Shown: positions 40,227-50,941, counted from the stretch's first letter. The stretch: 64,000 nt of DNA from an uncultured Pelagibacteraceae bacterium (GCA_902599575.1 CACKFS010000001.1:46545-110544); one strand, 5' to 3'. Notes: generated from the sequence alone by a model not told the origin. Numbers and translations: made by a program.

Positions 40227-41761
40227 ATAAAAAAATAACAAGAGCTCTCATATCTGTTTCTGACAAGTCTGAACTTAATAAAATTTTACCAACTCTGAGA
40301 AAATTTAAAGTTGAAATTCTAAGTTCTGGAGGTACTTATAAATACATTAGAAAGCTCAAATTTAAATGCACCGAAATAAGCGATTTTACAGGTTCTCAGG
40401 AAATTTTAGATGGTAGAGTAAAAACTCTTCATCCAAAAATACATTCTGGAATACTTTTTAAAAGAGATAACAAAAAACATTTAAATCAAATTAAAAAACA
40501 AAATTTCAAAAATATAGACCTTGTGATTGTTAATTTTTATCCTTTTGAAAAAACTGTTCTTGACACTAAAAATGAAAATAAGGTAATTGAAAATATTGAT
40601 ATTGGTGGTCCAGCACTTGTTAGATCAGCGGCAAAAAACTTCGGTGATGTAGTTGTAATAACATCAAATTGTCAGTTCGAGGATTTAATCCACGAGATGA
40701 ATATTAATAAAGGCACTACATCCTTTAAATTCAGGAAAAAGTTATCACAAGAAGCTTTCAATGAAACTGCTTATTACGATTCTAATATTTCAAAGTATTT
40801 TGATAAAATTAACGATAACAAATTTCCAAAAAAAATAACTATTAATGGAACATTAGTCAACAAATTAAGATACGGAGAAAATCCGCATCAATTAGGAGCA
40901 TTTTATTCAAGAGGTAATTTTAATGAGTTAGAAAAATTAAATGGCAAAGAATTAAGTTACAATAATTACAACGATATTTATTATGGACTTGATATCGTAA
41001 ATAGCTTACCAAAGGGTATTGGTACTATTATAATCAAACATGCTAATCCATCAGGAGTATCAATCAATAAAAAACAATTATTTAGTTTTAAACAAGCATT
41101 TAATTGTGATCCTATTAGTGCTTTTGGTGGGGTTATAATTTGTAATTATAAAATTAATTATGAAACTGCTAAGGAGATAAACAAGAAATTTTTTGAAGTT
41201 GTAGTTGCGAAAGATTTTAATCATAAAGCCTTGTCAATTTTAAAGAAAAAAAAAAACTTAAGAATTATTAAGAGTAATCAAAAATATGACCCTAATGAAA
41301 TTATTGTTAAATCTCTCTCTAAAAACTTAATTTTACAAAATTCTGATAATCAAAATTTCAATTTAAAGAACTTTAAAGTAGTATCAAAAAAGAAGCCAAA
41401 TAAAAGAATGATAAATGATCTTATTTTTGCTTTTAATATATGTAGATTTGTAAAATCAAATGCTATTGTTTTAACAAATGATTGTTCAACAGTGGGTATT
41501 GGTTCAGGTCAACCCAGCAGATTAGATAGTTGTGAAATTGCGGTGAACAAAGTTCGTAAGTTTAATCACAATACAGAAAATCTAGTTGCGGCTTCGGACG
41601 CTTTTTTTCCTTTTGTTGATGGAATAGAATTACTTGTTCAGTCTGGAGTAAAGGCAATTATTCAACCCTATGGATCTATAAGAGATAAAGAAGTTATAAA
41701 GTTTGCTAACAATACAAATACTGTGCTAGTTTTTTCAAAAACCAGACACTTTAGACATTAA
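40223..41761 (+). CDS. purH: AICAR transformylase/IMP cyclohydrolase
   Basis: ALISVSDK, GRVKTLHP, ENIDIGGP, LRYGENPHQ, KHANP, KSNAI, ASDAFFPF motifs. Confidence 0.97.
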   Translation: MNKKITRALISVSDKSELNKILPTLRKFKVEILSSGGTYKYIRKLKFKCTEISDFTGSQEILDGRVKTLHPKIHSGILFKRDNKKHLNQIKKQNFKNIDLVIVNFYPFEKTVLDTKNENKVIENIDIGGPALVRSAAKNFGDVVVITSNCQFEDLIHEMNINKGTTSFKFRKKLSQEAFNETAYYDSNISKYFDKINDNKFPKKITINGTLVNKLRYGENPHQLGAFYSRGNFNELEKLNGKELSYNNYNDIYYGLDIVNSLPKGIGTIIIKHANPSGVSINKKQLFSFKQAFNCDPISAFGGVIICNYKINYETAKEINKKFFEVVVAKDFNHKALSILKKKKNLRIIKSNQKYDPNEIIVKSLSKNLILQNSDNQNFNLKNFKVVSKKKPNKRMINDLIFAFNICRFVKSNAIVLTNDCSTVGIGSGQPSRLDSCEIAVNKVRKFNHNTENLVAASDAFFPFVDGIELLVQSGVKAIIQPYGSIRDKEVIKFANNTNTVLVFSKTRHFRH

Positions 41762-42093
41762 ATTTTATCAATTTTAGCAGCGAGGATGAAATCGCTCTCT
41801 GCAAGACCGTTTATGGCATGAGTAAATATCTTTATTTTTGCATATCCCCACCCAAACCATATGTCTGGATGATGTCCTTCTGTTTCAGCAATCTCTCCAA
41901 CTTTATTTACAAAATTTTGAGCATTTACAAAATTTTCAAACTTGAATTCTTTTAATAAATAAAAGTTTTCATTTTCATTTTTTTTAACATCCCATCCGTC
42001 AACTTTTTTTAAATATTTATGGATTTCGCTCAAATTAAAAGATGGAATTCCCCCCTCACACGGTACACATTTTTTTTTTGATAAATCTTCCAT
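41758..42093 (-). CDS. Pterin-4-alpha-carbinolamine dehydratase (start moved to the ATG at 42093)
   Basis: LSKKKCVPCEGG, EGHHPDI, THAINGL..DFILAAKID; the track's extra N-terminus is translated tRNA. Confidence 0.92.
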   Translation of the reverse strand: MEDLSKKKCVPCEGGIPSFNLSEIHKYLKKVDGWDVKKNENENFYLLKEFKFENFVNAQNFVNKVGEIAETEGHHPDIWFGWGYAKIKIFTHAINGLAESDFILAAKIDKI

Positions 42094-42101
42094 ATATTTT
42101 T

Positions 42102-42176
42102 TGGAGCGGGCAATGGGACTTGAACCCACGACCTTCTCGTTGGCAACGAGACGCTCTACCACTGAGCTACGCCCGC
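42102..42176 (-). tRNA. tRNA-Gly (GCC)
   Basis: GCGGGCGTAGCTCAGTGGTAGAGCG-TCTCG-TTGCCAA-CGAGA-AGGTCGTGGGTTCAAGTCCCATTGCCCGCT-CCA; full cloverleaf with encoded CCA. Confidence 0.97.
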
Positions 42177-42296
42177 TTATTATATAATTTTAAAATTAAA
42201 GGCTTTTGGTAAATTAAGCAATAGGCATTTTTAAATATAATAATGCATCAATATGAACATAGATCTTTTAGTTATTATTTGTTATTTTTATACGAT

Positions 42297-42941
42297 ATGA
42301 ATAAAATTAACAATCTACCAGATGTATTAAGAGTGTTCCCACTTTCAAATTTTATATTTTTTCCAAAAACATCTGCGCCACTCAATATTTTTGAACCAAG
42401 ATACATTCAGATGATTGATGAGAGCATAAAATCCAATAGAATGATTGGTATGATTCAGCCAAAAAGTTTAACAAACCCAAAAAAAACAGAGCTTTTTAAA
42501 GTTGGTTGTTTGGGAAAGATATCTAGCTTTAACGAAACAGATGATGGTAGATATATCGTGGTTTTAAGTGGAATAACTAGGTTTAACATAGTTGAAGAAA
42601 TAAAAAATGCAAAACTTTTTAGAGAATTTAAAATAAATTATAAAGGTTTTGAAAAAGATATAGACTATCAGGAAGAAAGTATAAATTTTTCTGATGTAAA
42701 TCTTATTTTTAATGATCTTAAAAATATTTTTGAAAAACAAGGTTACATAATAAACTGGAATGAACTTAAGAAACAAAGTTTAAACCAGACCATAAATACT
42801 CTTTCGATGGCATCTCCATTTTCAAAAGAAGAAAAGCAAATGCTCTTGGAGGCGAAAGATTTAGTATCTAGAAAAAAGAAACTTGAACAAATAATAAAGC
42901 TTTACACCCCTGATATATTTAGCAATAAAACATTACAATAG
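42297..42941 (+). CDS. LON peptidase N-terminal (substrate-binding) domain protein
   Basis: VFPL, PLNIFEPRY..MI, VGCLGKI, DDGRY, EKQMLLEA motifs; start chosen at the ATG at 42297. Confidence 0.85.
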   Translation: MNKINNLPDVLRVFPLSNFIFFPKTSAPLNIFEPRYIQMIDESIKSNRMIGMIQPKSLTNPKKTELFKVGCLGKISSFNETDDGRYIVVLSGITRFNIVEEIKNAKLFREFKINYKGFEKDIDYQEESINFSDVNLIFNDLKNIFEKQGYIINWNELKKQSLNQTINTLSMASPFSKEEKQMLLEAKDLVSRKKKLEQIIKLYTPDIFSNKTLQ

Positions 42942-44036
42942 TTACAAGTTAATACCCTTGTCAGCGAAATTTTCTATTTTTTTCTTAATAAATTTATTTT
43001 TATTTATAAAATCAAAGAGATTGTCAATGGATTTTATGTTGTAATTATTGCTCAATTTAAAAAATTCGTGAATAAAATCTACTCCCATTGCAAAAATAAA
43101 ATTTGAATTTTTTTTTTTAACCTCAAACTTTTCTAAGACTGTATCTAAGTTTAGACCTAGATCTAAATTTTTATTAATCATTTGGCTCAAAGTTTTGATA
43201 TCTCTCAAAGTCATATTAAATCCTTGTCCAGCAAGAGGATGTATTTTATGCAAAGCATCTCCAAAAGATAAAATATTTTTATAGAAATAATTACGAGCCA
43301 GAGATAAATTTATTGGGAATTGTTGAAGTTTTCCAAATTTTTTTATTTTATAGCGATTGTTGTATTGCTTAATTAACTTAATAATATTCAACTTATTTTT
43401 CATTATGTCTTTATCAAATATAGAAAAAACAATTGAAGTTTGTTTATTTGATATTGGCAAAAAAGCTAAGGGACCACAGTTCGTAAAATATTGTTCAGCA
43501 ACATTATTTTTTAAATTATTATGATTAATTATAGTAGTAAATGCTGTGCTATTATAATTTTTCTCAATGCGCTTACTAAAGTGCTTTTTAAATAATAAAT
43601 TATTCACATCGGTAATAATAATTATTTCAAAATTTTTTTTGGGTAAATTTAAAAAGGATTTATAACTATTTACTCTTTTAATCTTAATTAGCTTATTTTT
43701 TTTAAGTGAGGTTTCTAATGACTTATAAAAGTTGTTATAAGATATCATAAAAAAACTATTTTTTTTAGAATTAAAACTTAAAAAGCTTTTAGAGTTGTTG
43801 CCTCTATATAAATTAATCCTTTTTATATCCCAGCAATCTTTTTTACATAAAATTTTTTGTCCCTCTAAAAATTCAATACTGTTGTTAGATAATCCAATTG
43901 TTCTTGAAATTGTATTTGATGTATTTTTCAACACTTTATTATTAGAGTAATATAGTTCTACATTGATACCTTTATTAATTAAAATTTTAGATAATACCAA
44001 CGTTGTTAAATTTTTTCCTATTAAGCAGACATTCAT
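42942..44036 (-). CDS. UbiH/UbiL-like FAD-dependent hydroxylase
   Basis: GPLAFLP, FP..L, GDALHKIHPLAGQGFNM..RD motifs; N-terminal Gly motif degenerate. Confidence 0.8.
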   Translation of the reverse strand: MNVCLIGKNLTTLVLSKILINKGINVELYYSNNKVLKNTSNTISRTIGLSNNSIEFLEGQKILCKKDCWDIKRINLYRGNNSKSFLSFNSKKNSFFMISYNNFYKSLETSLKKNKLIKIKRVNSYKSFLNLPKKNFEIIIITDVNNLLFKKHFSKRIEKNYNSTAFTTIINHNNLKNNVAEQYFTNCGPLAFLPISNKQTSIVFSIFDKDIMKNKLNIIKLIKQYNNRYKIKKFGKLQQFPINLSLARNYFYKNILSFGDALHKIHPLAGQGFNMTLRDIKTLSQMINKNLDLGLNLDTVLEKFEVKKKNSNFIFAMGVDFIHEFFKLSNNYNIKSIDNLFDFINKNKFIKKKIENFADKGINL

Positions 44037-44092
44037 TTTTTTAATTTTAACAATAAATATTAAATGATACAAAGTGGTAAATTTGATTCTTT

Positions 44093-46162
44093 ATGAATAT
44101 TAAAAAAAACTTCGAAAAAATTAAGAATTTCACCCTAAAAAGATTGATTGAAATTATTGGAACTTTAATACTAGTCATATCAATTCTAATCTTAGTAGCG
44201 TTAATTAGTTATAGTCCTGATGATCCAAATTTTATTTATCCTGAAAATCAAAAAATTAAGAATTTTTTAGGTATTAATGGAAGTATCAGTGCAGATTTTT
44301 TATTACAATCTATTGGTCTAATTTCTTATTTTTTACCCATAACTTTATTTTTTTTATCAATAAGAATAATTTATTACAAAACTTTAGTTCAAGTTGTTAG
44401 TAGTTTATTTTATGTAGTTTGTTATTCTCTATTCGGGACAATTTTTCTAACACAGTTTCATAAAGAGGCTTTTTTTCTAATAGTAAATGGAAACGGCGGA
44501 TTTGTTGGTGACTATTTTTACAACAAAATATTTTTTAATATTGTCAATTTAAATGTTGAAATTTCATATTATGCCCAAATATTGCTATTTATAATATTCT
44601 TTCTTATTAGTTTAAACTTTAGATTTATCTGGTTATCAAATATCGTAAAAATTTTTAGAAATAGAAAAAATATTAGCTCAATAGAGGTTTCAAAATTTGA
44701 GAAGGAAGATTCTATAAAAATAGATAGTATTCAAGAAACATTTTCCTTTGATCAAAAGACAAAAACAACAAGTTCACAAAGAAGAATTTTTAATTTACCA
44801 AAACTTGAATTATTGGAAGAAATAAAATCAAAAAATAAAAAAAATAATTTGAGGAATGATATAAACGAGGAGTTTCTCGAAAAAATACTTTTAGACTTTG
44901 GGGTTGAAGGTAAAATTAGAAAAATTAGTTCAGGTCCAGTCGTAACCTTAAATGAATTTGAACCAGCGGCTGGAGTAAAAGTTTCTAAGATAATAAATTT
45001 GTCTGATGATATAGCTCGAAATACAAGTTCAGCGTCTGCAAGAATCTCGGTGATCCCGGGTTCAAGTTCAGTTGGTATTGAATTACCAAATTTAGAGAGA
45101 GATAATGTTTCACTAAAAGAAATATTAAGTAGTTCAAAGTTTAATAACAAAGATTTTATTTTACCTATAGCCCTTGGAAAGACTATATCTGGTCAACCAT
45201 TAATTGGTGACTTGTCAACCATGCCTCATTTACTAATTGCGGGTACAACCGGTTCGGGTAAGTCAGTTTGTATAAATACAATTCTTCTATCACTTTTATT
45301 TAGACACAAACCGGATCTTTGTAAATTTATATTAATCGATCCAAAAATGCTTGAGCTTTCAGCTTACGAGGGAATTCCTCATCTTTTATGTCCAGTTATC
45401 ACTGAAGCAAAAAAAGCAGCAACAGTTTTGGGGTGGGTAGTTAAAGAAATGGAAAATAGATATAAATTAATGACAAAAGTTGGTGTAAAAAATATTGGAG
45501 GATATAATTCTAAACATAAGTTACCTATGCCTTATATTGTGGTCATAGTTGATGAGATGTCAGATTTAATGCTAGTAGCAGGTAAAGAAATTGAGAATTA
45601 CATACAAAAACTTTCACAAATGGCTAGAGCAGCAGGAATACATATTATAATGGCAACCCAAAGACCCAGTGTTGATGTTATTACCGGTACTATTAAAGCT
45701 AATTTTCCAACAAGAGTATCTTTTCAAGTTTCTTCAAAAATAGATAGTAGAACTATATTGGGTGAACAAGGTGCAGAACAACTTTTAGGTAAGGGAGACA
45801 TGTTGTTCATGTCCTCTGCAAACAAGATTACCAGAATTCATGCTCCTTACGTATCTGAAAATGAAATTGAAAAAATTAATAATTTTTTGAGATCACAAGG
45901 AGAGCCTGAATACGTAAATGAAATATTAAATCTATCAGACAAGAATAATAAAAGCTTAGGTGATAATGGAGAAGATGGTCAACTAGATGACTTATATGAG
46001 ACTGCGTTAGAAATTGTTAAATCTGAGGGCAAAGCCTCAACGTCTTTTTTGCAGAGAAAACTGCAAATTGGCTATAATAGAGCCGCAAGAATAATAGATA
46101 TGATGGAGGATAAAGGCATTGTTAGCAAAGCAAATCATGTTGGTAAAAGAGAGGTTCTATGA
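44093..46162 (+). CDS. ftsK: DNA translocase FtsK
   Basis: N-terminal TMs; MPHLLIAGTTGSGKS, IDPKMLE, VDEMSDLM, ATQRPSVDV, LQRKLQIGYNRAARI motifs. Confidence 0.97.
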   Translation: MNIKKNFEKIKNFTLKRLIEIIGTLILVISILILVALISYSPDDPNFIYPENQKIKNFLGINGSISADFLLQSIGLISYFLPITLFFLSIRIIYYKTLVQVVSSLFYVVCYSLFGTIFLTQFHKEAFFLIVNGNGGFVGDYFYNKIFFNIVNLNVEISYYAQILLFIIFFLISLNFRFIWLSNIVKIFRNRKNISSIEVSKFEKEDSIKIDSIQETFSFDQKTKTTSSQRRIFNLPKLELLEEIKSKNKKNNLRNDINEEFLEKILLDFGVEGKIRKISSGPVVTLNEFEPAAGVKVSKIINLSDDIARNTSSASARISVIPGSSSVGIELPNLERDNVSLKEILSSSKFNNKDFILPIALGKTISGQPLIGDLSTMPHLLIAGTTGSGKSVCINTILLSLLFRHKPDLCKFILIDPKMLELSAYEGIPHLLCPVITEAKKAATVLGWVVKEMENRYKLMTKVGVKNIGGYNSKHKLPMPYIVVIVDEMSDLMLVAGKEIENYIQKLSQMARAAGIHIIMATQRPSVDVITGTIKANFPTRVSFQVSSKIDSRTILGEQGAEQLLGKGDMLFMSSANKITRIHAPYVSENEIEKINNFLRSQGEPEYVNEILNLSDKNNKSLGDNGEDGQLDDLYETALEIVKSEGKASTSFLQRKLQIGYNRAARIIDMMEDKGIVSKANHVGKREVL

Positions 46163-46710
46163 TTAGAATTATTTTGATTTTTACCTTTTTTTTTAATTTT
46201 TCCTCTAAAGCTTATTCAGAGATAGCCCAAAAAATCATAAATAACCTAGAAAATTCGAATAATTATAACTTTAAATTTACACAAATTATTAATAAAAAAA
46301 AAGAAACTGGTAATTGTATTTTAGTATTCGATAGAAAAATTAATTGTAAATATGACAAGTCTGGCAAAATCCTTATTTCTGATGGTATAAATCTGATCAT
46401 AAAAAATAGTAATTCCGATATCCCTAATTTTTATAAATTAGAAGATACATCCTTTTATAAACTTCTAGATAAAAGATACTTAATCAATGAGATTAGATCA
46501 AATGAAATTGAAAGAGAAAATGGTAAAATATTTATTTTTATCGATTATCAAAATATTTATATAAAAGTTTTTTTTGACAAAAAAAAATTATATCTCGAAG
46601 GGTGGCAAACGACCGATATATATAATAATTCTGTATTTACTGAAATAAGAATTCAAGAAGTAAACAAAATTATTGATAAAAACTTATTTGATATAAAAAA
46701 GTTTAATTAG
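46159..46710 (+). CDS. Outer-membrane lipoprotein carrier LolA-like protein
   Basis: Signal peptide; F.F.Q, G.C, LEGW...D..N motifs; conserved position after ftsK. Confidence 0.65.
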   Translation: MIRIILIFTFFFNFSSKAYSEIAQKIINNLENSNNYNFKFTQIINKKKETGNCILVFDRKINCKYDKSGKILISDGINLIIKNSNSDIPNFYKLEDTSFYKLLDKRYLINEIRSNEIERENGKIFIFIDYQNIYIKVFFDKKKLYLEGWQTTDIYNNSVFTEIRIQEVNKIIDKNLFDIKKFN

Positions 46711-47216
46711 CTGTCCAATATATTAATATTTTCTTTTTTAAATACTGTCATTCCCCTTGCTATATAGTTTTTCAAAGCATTAGGATGATCTAGTGTGCAT
46801 GTATGTAGCCAAACTCTTTTAATATTTTTTTCGAAACATCTTTTTATTGCTTCGCTTAGAGCATATCCACCAATACCTTTTCCAATGTACTCCTCTAGCA
46901 AGCCAAAGTATGAAATTTCGGTTTCTTTCAGTTCTGGATTATATAAAAGTTCAAAGAATCCTGCCAAATCTTCTTTTTCAATTATTAAATAGGTTTCTAA
47001 ATTTTTATTTGAAATATAATTGATCCATTTTTGATCAGACCAGCTTAATCTGTCTAACCATCTGTGTTTCTTGCCAACTTGCTTGTAAAAAAATTTATTT
47101 AATTGAAAATCAGGATTAATTTTCTTGACTAATAATTTAATTTTTTTAGTTGAATTAACTTTAAGTTTTTTTACATCTCTTATTTCTAAGAAATTTCTTT
47201 CAACATGAATCATCAT
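46707..47216 (-). CDS. GNAT family N-acetyltransferase
   Basis: GFFEL, YFGL..EYIGKGIGG, RVWLHTC.LDH..AL.NY..RG motifs. Confidence 0.88.
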   Translation of the reverse strand: MMIHVERNFLEIRDVKKLKVNSTKKIKLLVKKINPDFQLNKFFYKQVGKKHRWLDRLSWSDQKWINYISNKNLETYLIIEKEDLAGFFELLYNPELKETEISYFGLLEEYIGKGIGGYALSEAIKRCFEKNIKRVWLHTCTLDHPNALKNYIARGMTVFKKENINILDS

Positions 47217-47578
47217 TCAACCATTTTACCTACTTTTTCACCACCAAAAAGATGAAAATGTAGATGAGGTACTTCTTGTCCACCGTTTTCACTAATATTT
47301 GCCAAAGCTCTATATCCTTTTCCCGTATTAGAAGAAATGTTTAATTTTTGTGCGACCGTATTTATACCTTTTATCAATCCTATAATTTCTTTTTCGGGAG
47401 CTTTGCGAGCAAAGTCATCTAAATCAATATAGCTTCCTTTAGGTATGACCAATGCGTGTATTTTTTTTTGAGGATTTATGTCGTAGAAAGATAAGACAAA
47501 TTCATCCTCGTAAATTTTTTTGCAAGGAATTTCTCCCCTTAAAATTTTTGCAAAAATATTATTTTCATCATATATCAT
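47213..47578 (-). CDS. Histidine triad (HIT) nucleotide-binding protein
   Basis: YDENNIFAKILRGEIP, GQEVPHLHFH motifs. Confidence 0.93.
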   Translation of the reverse strand: MIYDENNIFAKILRGEIPCKKIYEDEFVLSFYDINPQKKIHALVIPKGSYIDLDDFARKAPEKEIIGLIKGINTVAQKLNISSNTGKGYRALANISENGGQEVPHLHFHLFGGEKVGKMVE

Positions 47579-47919
47579 TTAAGAACTTCAAGTTTATCTA
47601 TTACTTTCACAATCTTTTTTCCTGTTAATACTGCATTTAACCTAGCGCATTCATAAATTGCATTAGAATTTTGTTCTGCAATTATCTTGAGTTCCGCACA
47701 TTTCGAACCACTATCCATATATAAGTGTTCGATCATTTTTGGAGGATCTCCCAAATACATAAGCAACCCCACAACCTCTTTTTTCTTTTCAATACCTGCA
47801 ACCTCTTCAATTTCTGCCATTTTATTTGATGTGCCTATCTCAAAATTTTTAAAAGCTATAAAGCCCTTGTAACCAATAAAGGCTATGATTAAAAAAAATA
47901 TTATTTTTATTTTACCCAT
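47575..47919 (-). CDS. Hypothetical membrane-anchored protein
   Basis: 114-aa ORF with an N-terminal hydrophobic segment and two Cys; ATGA-coupled to the HIT gene. Confidence 0.65.
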   Translation of the reverse strand: MGKIKIIFFLIIAFIGYKGFIAFKNFEIGTSNKMAEIEEVAGIEKKKEVVGLLMYLGDPPKMIEHLYMDSGSKCAELKIIAEQNSNAIYECARLNAVLTGKKIVKVIDKLEVLK

Positions 47920-47923
47920 AGAT

Positions 47924-48196
47924 TTACTTTTTTCTTTTTTCTAACTCTGCCATTATATCCTCAATTTTTATATTATTTGACTCTAAGTAAATTATTAAAT
48001 GATAAAATACATCTGCGGCCTCATGAATTTTATTACTATTTTGCTCAACAGATTGAATTAGTTCCTCAATTTCTTCTAAAACTTTTTCTTTGCTTAAATT
48101 TTTATCTTTTAATAATTTATTTGTATATGAGCCATCGATTGGCTTTACTTTTCTTTGTCTCGCAATACTAATCAGATCTTCCAACACATTAAGCAT
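47924..48196 (-). CDS. hisE: Phosphoribosyl-ATP pyrophosphatase
   Basis: SYT..LL, KVLEE..E, EAADVFYH motifs. Confidence 0.92.
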   Translation of the reverse strand: MLNVLEDLISIARQRKVKPIDGSYTNKLLKDKNLSKEKVLEEIEELIQSVEQNSNKIHEAADVFYHLIIYLESNNIKIEDIMAELEKRKK

Positions 48197-48197
48197 T

Positions 48198-48953
48198 TTA
48201 AATTCTAACAGGTATTCCTTTTGAATCCAAATATTCCTTTGCTTGTTTTAATGAGTATTTTCCATAATGAAATATTGAAGCTGCAAGGACTGCACTCGCT
48301 TTTCCTAATTTAATTCCTTCAACTAGATGATCAAGATTACCAACTCCTCCAGATGCAATTACTGGTATATTTACCCTGGAAGATATATTTGACATTAATT
48401 CTATATCATATCCAGCTTGAGTTCCATCTCTGTCCATAGACGTAACTAACAGTTCTCCAGCACCACAATCTTCCATTTTTTTTGCGTAATCTAAAGCATC
48501 TATACCGGTGCTTTTCCTGCCACCGTGGGTGAATATTTCCCAGCTTTTGCCATTATGTTTCGCATCTATAGCAACAACAATACATTGCGAACCAAATTTT
48601 TTTGAACTTTCTATTACTACTTTTGTATTTTGAACAGCAGCAGTGTTAATAGAAACTTTATCTGCACCACAGTTAAGTAACTTATTAATATCTTCTATAC
48701 TTCTTACTCCACCGCCTACTGTTAAAGGAACAAAACATTTTTTTGATGTTTTCTCAACCACATCAAAAATTGTATCTCTATTTTCATTTGAAGCCGTAAT
48801 GTCTAAAAAACAGATTTCATCTGCTCCGCCATCAGAATAAATTTTAGCTTGTTCGACAGGATCCCCGGCATCTTTCAAATCAACAAAGTTAATTCCTTTA
48901 ACAACACGACCGTTCTTTACATCTAAACAAGGAATTATTCTATTTTTAAGCAT
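48198..48953 (-). CDS. hisF: Imidazole glycerol phosphate synthase, cyclase subunit
   Basis: [41 protein letters not shown] motifs. Confidence 0.97.
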   Translation of the reverse strand: MLKNRIIPCLDVKNGRVVKGINFVDLKDAGDPVEQAKIYSDGGADEICFLDITASNENRDTIFDVVEKTSKKCFVPLTVGGGVRSIEDINKLLNCGADKVSINTAAVQNTKVVIESSKKFGSQCIVVAIDAKHNGKSWEIFTHGGRKSTGIDALDYAKKMEDCGAGELLVTSMDRDGTQAGYDIELMSNISSRVNIPVIASGGVGNLDHLVEGIKLGKASAVLAASIFHYGKYSLKQAKEYLDSKGIPVRI

Positions 48954-49662
48954 CTTCTTTAACTAACTCCTCAAGTTTGATATCACCATCATAAATAGCT
49001 TTACCAACAATTATACCTTCAATATTTTCCATGTTACTCGCTTTTTTGACATCATTAATTGATGAAACGCCACCAGAAATTATAACTGGACAATTTGAAA
49101 TATTTGCAACTTTAGATGTTTCATCAAAATTTGGGCTTTCTTTAGTTCCATCTCTATTAATGTCTGTGAAAATTAATCTACTTACACCGTAATCATTTAC
49201 TCCCTTTAAAAATTCTAGAGTTGATATATTTGAATTTTCTTTCCATCCAGATACCGAAAGTTTTCCATCTTTTGCATCCAGGCCAAGAGCAATCTTTCCA
49301 GGAAATTTTAGGCACGCTTCTCTTAAAAAATTTTTATCTTTAATCGCAGCACTTCCTAAAATAATTTTTTCAACTCCGACGTCCAAATATTTTTGAATGT
49401 TTTCAAAATTTCTAATTCCCCCACCTATTTCTACCTTAAGATTAGACTTTTTAACTATTTCATAAACAATATCTAGGTTAACGGTTTCTCCATATAAAGC
49501 TCCATCTAAATCAACAATGTGTAGATTTTTAAATCCATGATCTTTGTAGCTATTAGCTTGATTTACAGGAGAATTTTTGTACTCTGTTTTATTGTTAAAA
49601 TCACCCTTAACTAAGCGTACACATTTTTTATCTTTAATATCTATGGCTGGAAATATTTTCAT
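48946..49662 (-). CDS. hisA: ProFAR isomerase
   Basis: [39 protein letters not shown] motifs. Confidence 0.96.
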   Translation of the reverse strand: MKIFPAIDIKDKKCVRLVKGDFNNKTEYKNSPVNQANSYKDHGFKNLHIVDLDGALYGETVNLDIVYEIVKKSNLKVEIGGGIRNFENIQKYLDVGVEKIILGSAAIKDKNFLREACLKFPGKIALGLDAKDGKLSVSGWKENSNISTLEFLKGVNDYGVSRLIFTDINRDGTKESPNFDETSKVANISNCPVIISGGVSSINDVKKASNMENIEGIIVGKAIYDGDIKLEELVKEDA

Positions 49663-50289
49663 TTATAAATTTATAAAATTGTCGATTATTTTTAACCCTA
49701 TTTTATCACTTTTTTCTGGGTGAAATTGAGTACCAAAAATATTTTCTATTTCTACAGCACAGACATGGTTTGAAGAATAATTAGTTATGGCTGAAATAAC
49801 ATTTTTATCTTTTGGTACAAATTCATAACTATGTACAAAGTACATATGTGATTTATCTTTTATGTCTTTGAAAATTTTACTGTCTTTTATAATTTTAATT
49901 TCATTCCAACCTATGTGAGGTAATTTGTATTTTCCATTTTGATTGTCTATCTTTGTAACCTTTCCTGGTATCCAGCCTAATCCTTTTGTTTGTGTTTCTT
50001 CATATCCAACATCTGCGAGCATTTGTAAACCAACACAAATTCCAAGTAGGGGTTTTTTATTATTAATCGCAAAATCATTTAAACTTTCAACAAGGCCGTT
50101 AATTGTATTTAAAGCATCGATGCAACTCTTGAAGGAACCTTGCCCTGGTAAGACAACCTTGTCGCTAGATTTTATTTTTTTTAGATCAGAAGTGACTTCA
50201 ATTTTAACTTTATTTTTGGCTACTTCTTTGAACGAATTTATGACAGAACATATGTTCCCAGATTTGTAATCAACAATTGTTACATTCAT
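49663..50289 (-). CDS. hisH: Imidazole glycerol phosphate synthase, glutaminase subunit
   Basis: DYKSGN, LPGQG, GICVGLQ, PHIGWN, YFVHSY, QFHPEKS motifs. Confidence 0.96.
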   Translation of the reverse strand: MNVTIVDYKSGNICSVINSFKEVAKNKVKIEVTSDLKKIKSSDKVVLPGQGSFKSCIDALNTINGLVESLNDFAINNKKPLLGICVGLQMLADVGYEETQTKGLGWIPGKVTKIDNQNGKYKLPHIGWNEIKIIKDSKIFKDIKDKSHMYFVHSYEFVPKDKNVISAITNYSSNHVCAVEIENIFGTQFHPEKSDKIGLKIIDNFINL

Positions 50290-50295
50290 TAATTC

Positions 50296-50886
50296 TTATA
50301 AAGAACCTTTAGTCGACGGTATTGCGTTCTTATTTCGTGGATCAATCTCGAGTGCGCTTCTTAAAGATCTAGCTAATCCCTTAAAACAAGACTCCACTTT
50401 GTGATGGCTATTATCGCCATATAAATTCTCTATGTGTAAAGTAATTCCTGCAGCCTGTGAAAATGCTTGGAACCACTCTTTAAATAATTCAGTATCCATT
50501 TCACCTAACTTTTCTACCTTTAAATCAACTTTCCAAATTAAGTATGGTCTATTAGACACATCTAACGCAACTCTTGTTAAAGTTTCATCCATTGGAATCA
50601 TTGAGTGAGCATATCTTTTTATACCTACAAATTTTTTTGATGCTTTTTTTAAACATTCACCAATTGCAATGCCTGTATCTTCAGTTGTGTGGTGAAGATC
50701 AATATGTGTATCGCCTTTTGCTTTTACTTTTAAATCTATTGAAGAGTGCTTTGATAGTTGTTCTAGCATATGATCTAAAAAACCAATACCAGTATCTATT
50801 TTAAACTTGCCTTTGCCATCTATATTTATAGATACATCGATTTTGGTTTCCTTAGTTTTTCGACTTATTTCTGCTTTTCGCTTCAT
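50296..50886 (-). CDS. hisB: Imidazoleglycerol-phosphate dehydratase
   Basis: [38 protein letters not shown] motifs. Confidence 0.97.
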   Translation of the reverse strand: MKRKAEISRKTKETKIDVSINIDGKGKFKIDTGIGFLDHMLEQLSKHSSIDLKVKAKGDTHIDLHHTTEDTGIAIGECLKKASKKFVGIKRYAHSMIPMDETLTRVALDVSNRPYLIWKVDLKVEKLGEMDTELFKEWFQAFSQAAGITLHIENLYGDNSHHKVESCFKGLARSLRSALEIDPRNKNAIPSTKGSL

Positions 50887-50941
50887 ATTAGGTTAGATAT
50901 ATATGCATTATCTATTGATATCAATAACAGTTAATTTACCA

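Noticed and set aside
42094-42162. N-terminal extension MVERLVANEKVVGSSPIARS of ORF 41758..42162
   Set aside because: It is the translated tRNA-Gly sequence; the protein starts at 42093
42102-42176. tRNA-Gly as a possible integration site
   Set aside because: No integrase and no duplicated tRNA 3' end were seen; flanking genes are housekeeping
44752-45150. 132-aa antisense ORF inside ftsK, and similar ORFs at 49943..50269, 51033..51359, 29843..30121, 53542..53838 and other 60-100 aa entries
   Set aside because: They lie fully within well-supported genes, have no recognisable motifs, and are expected shadow ORFs
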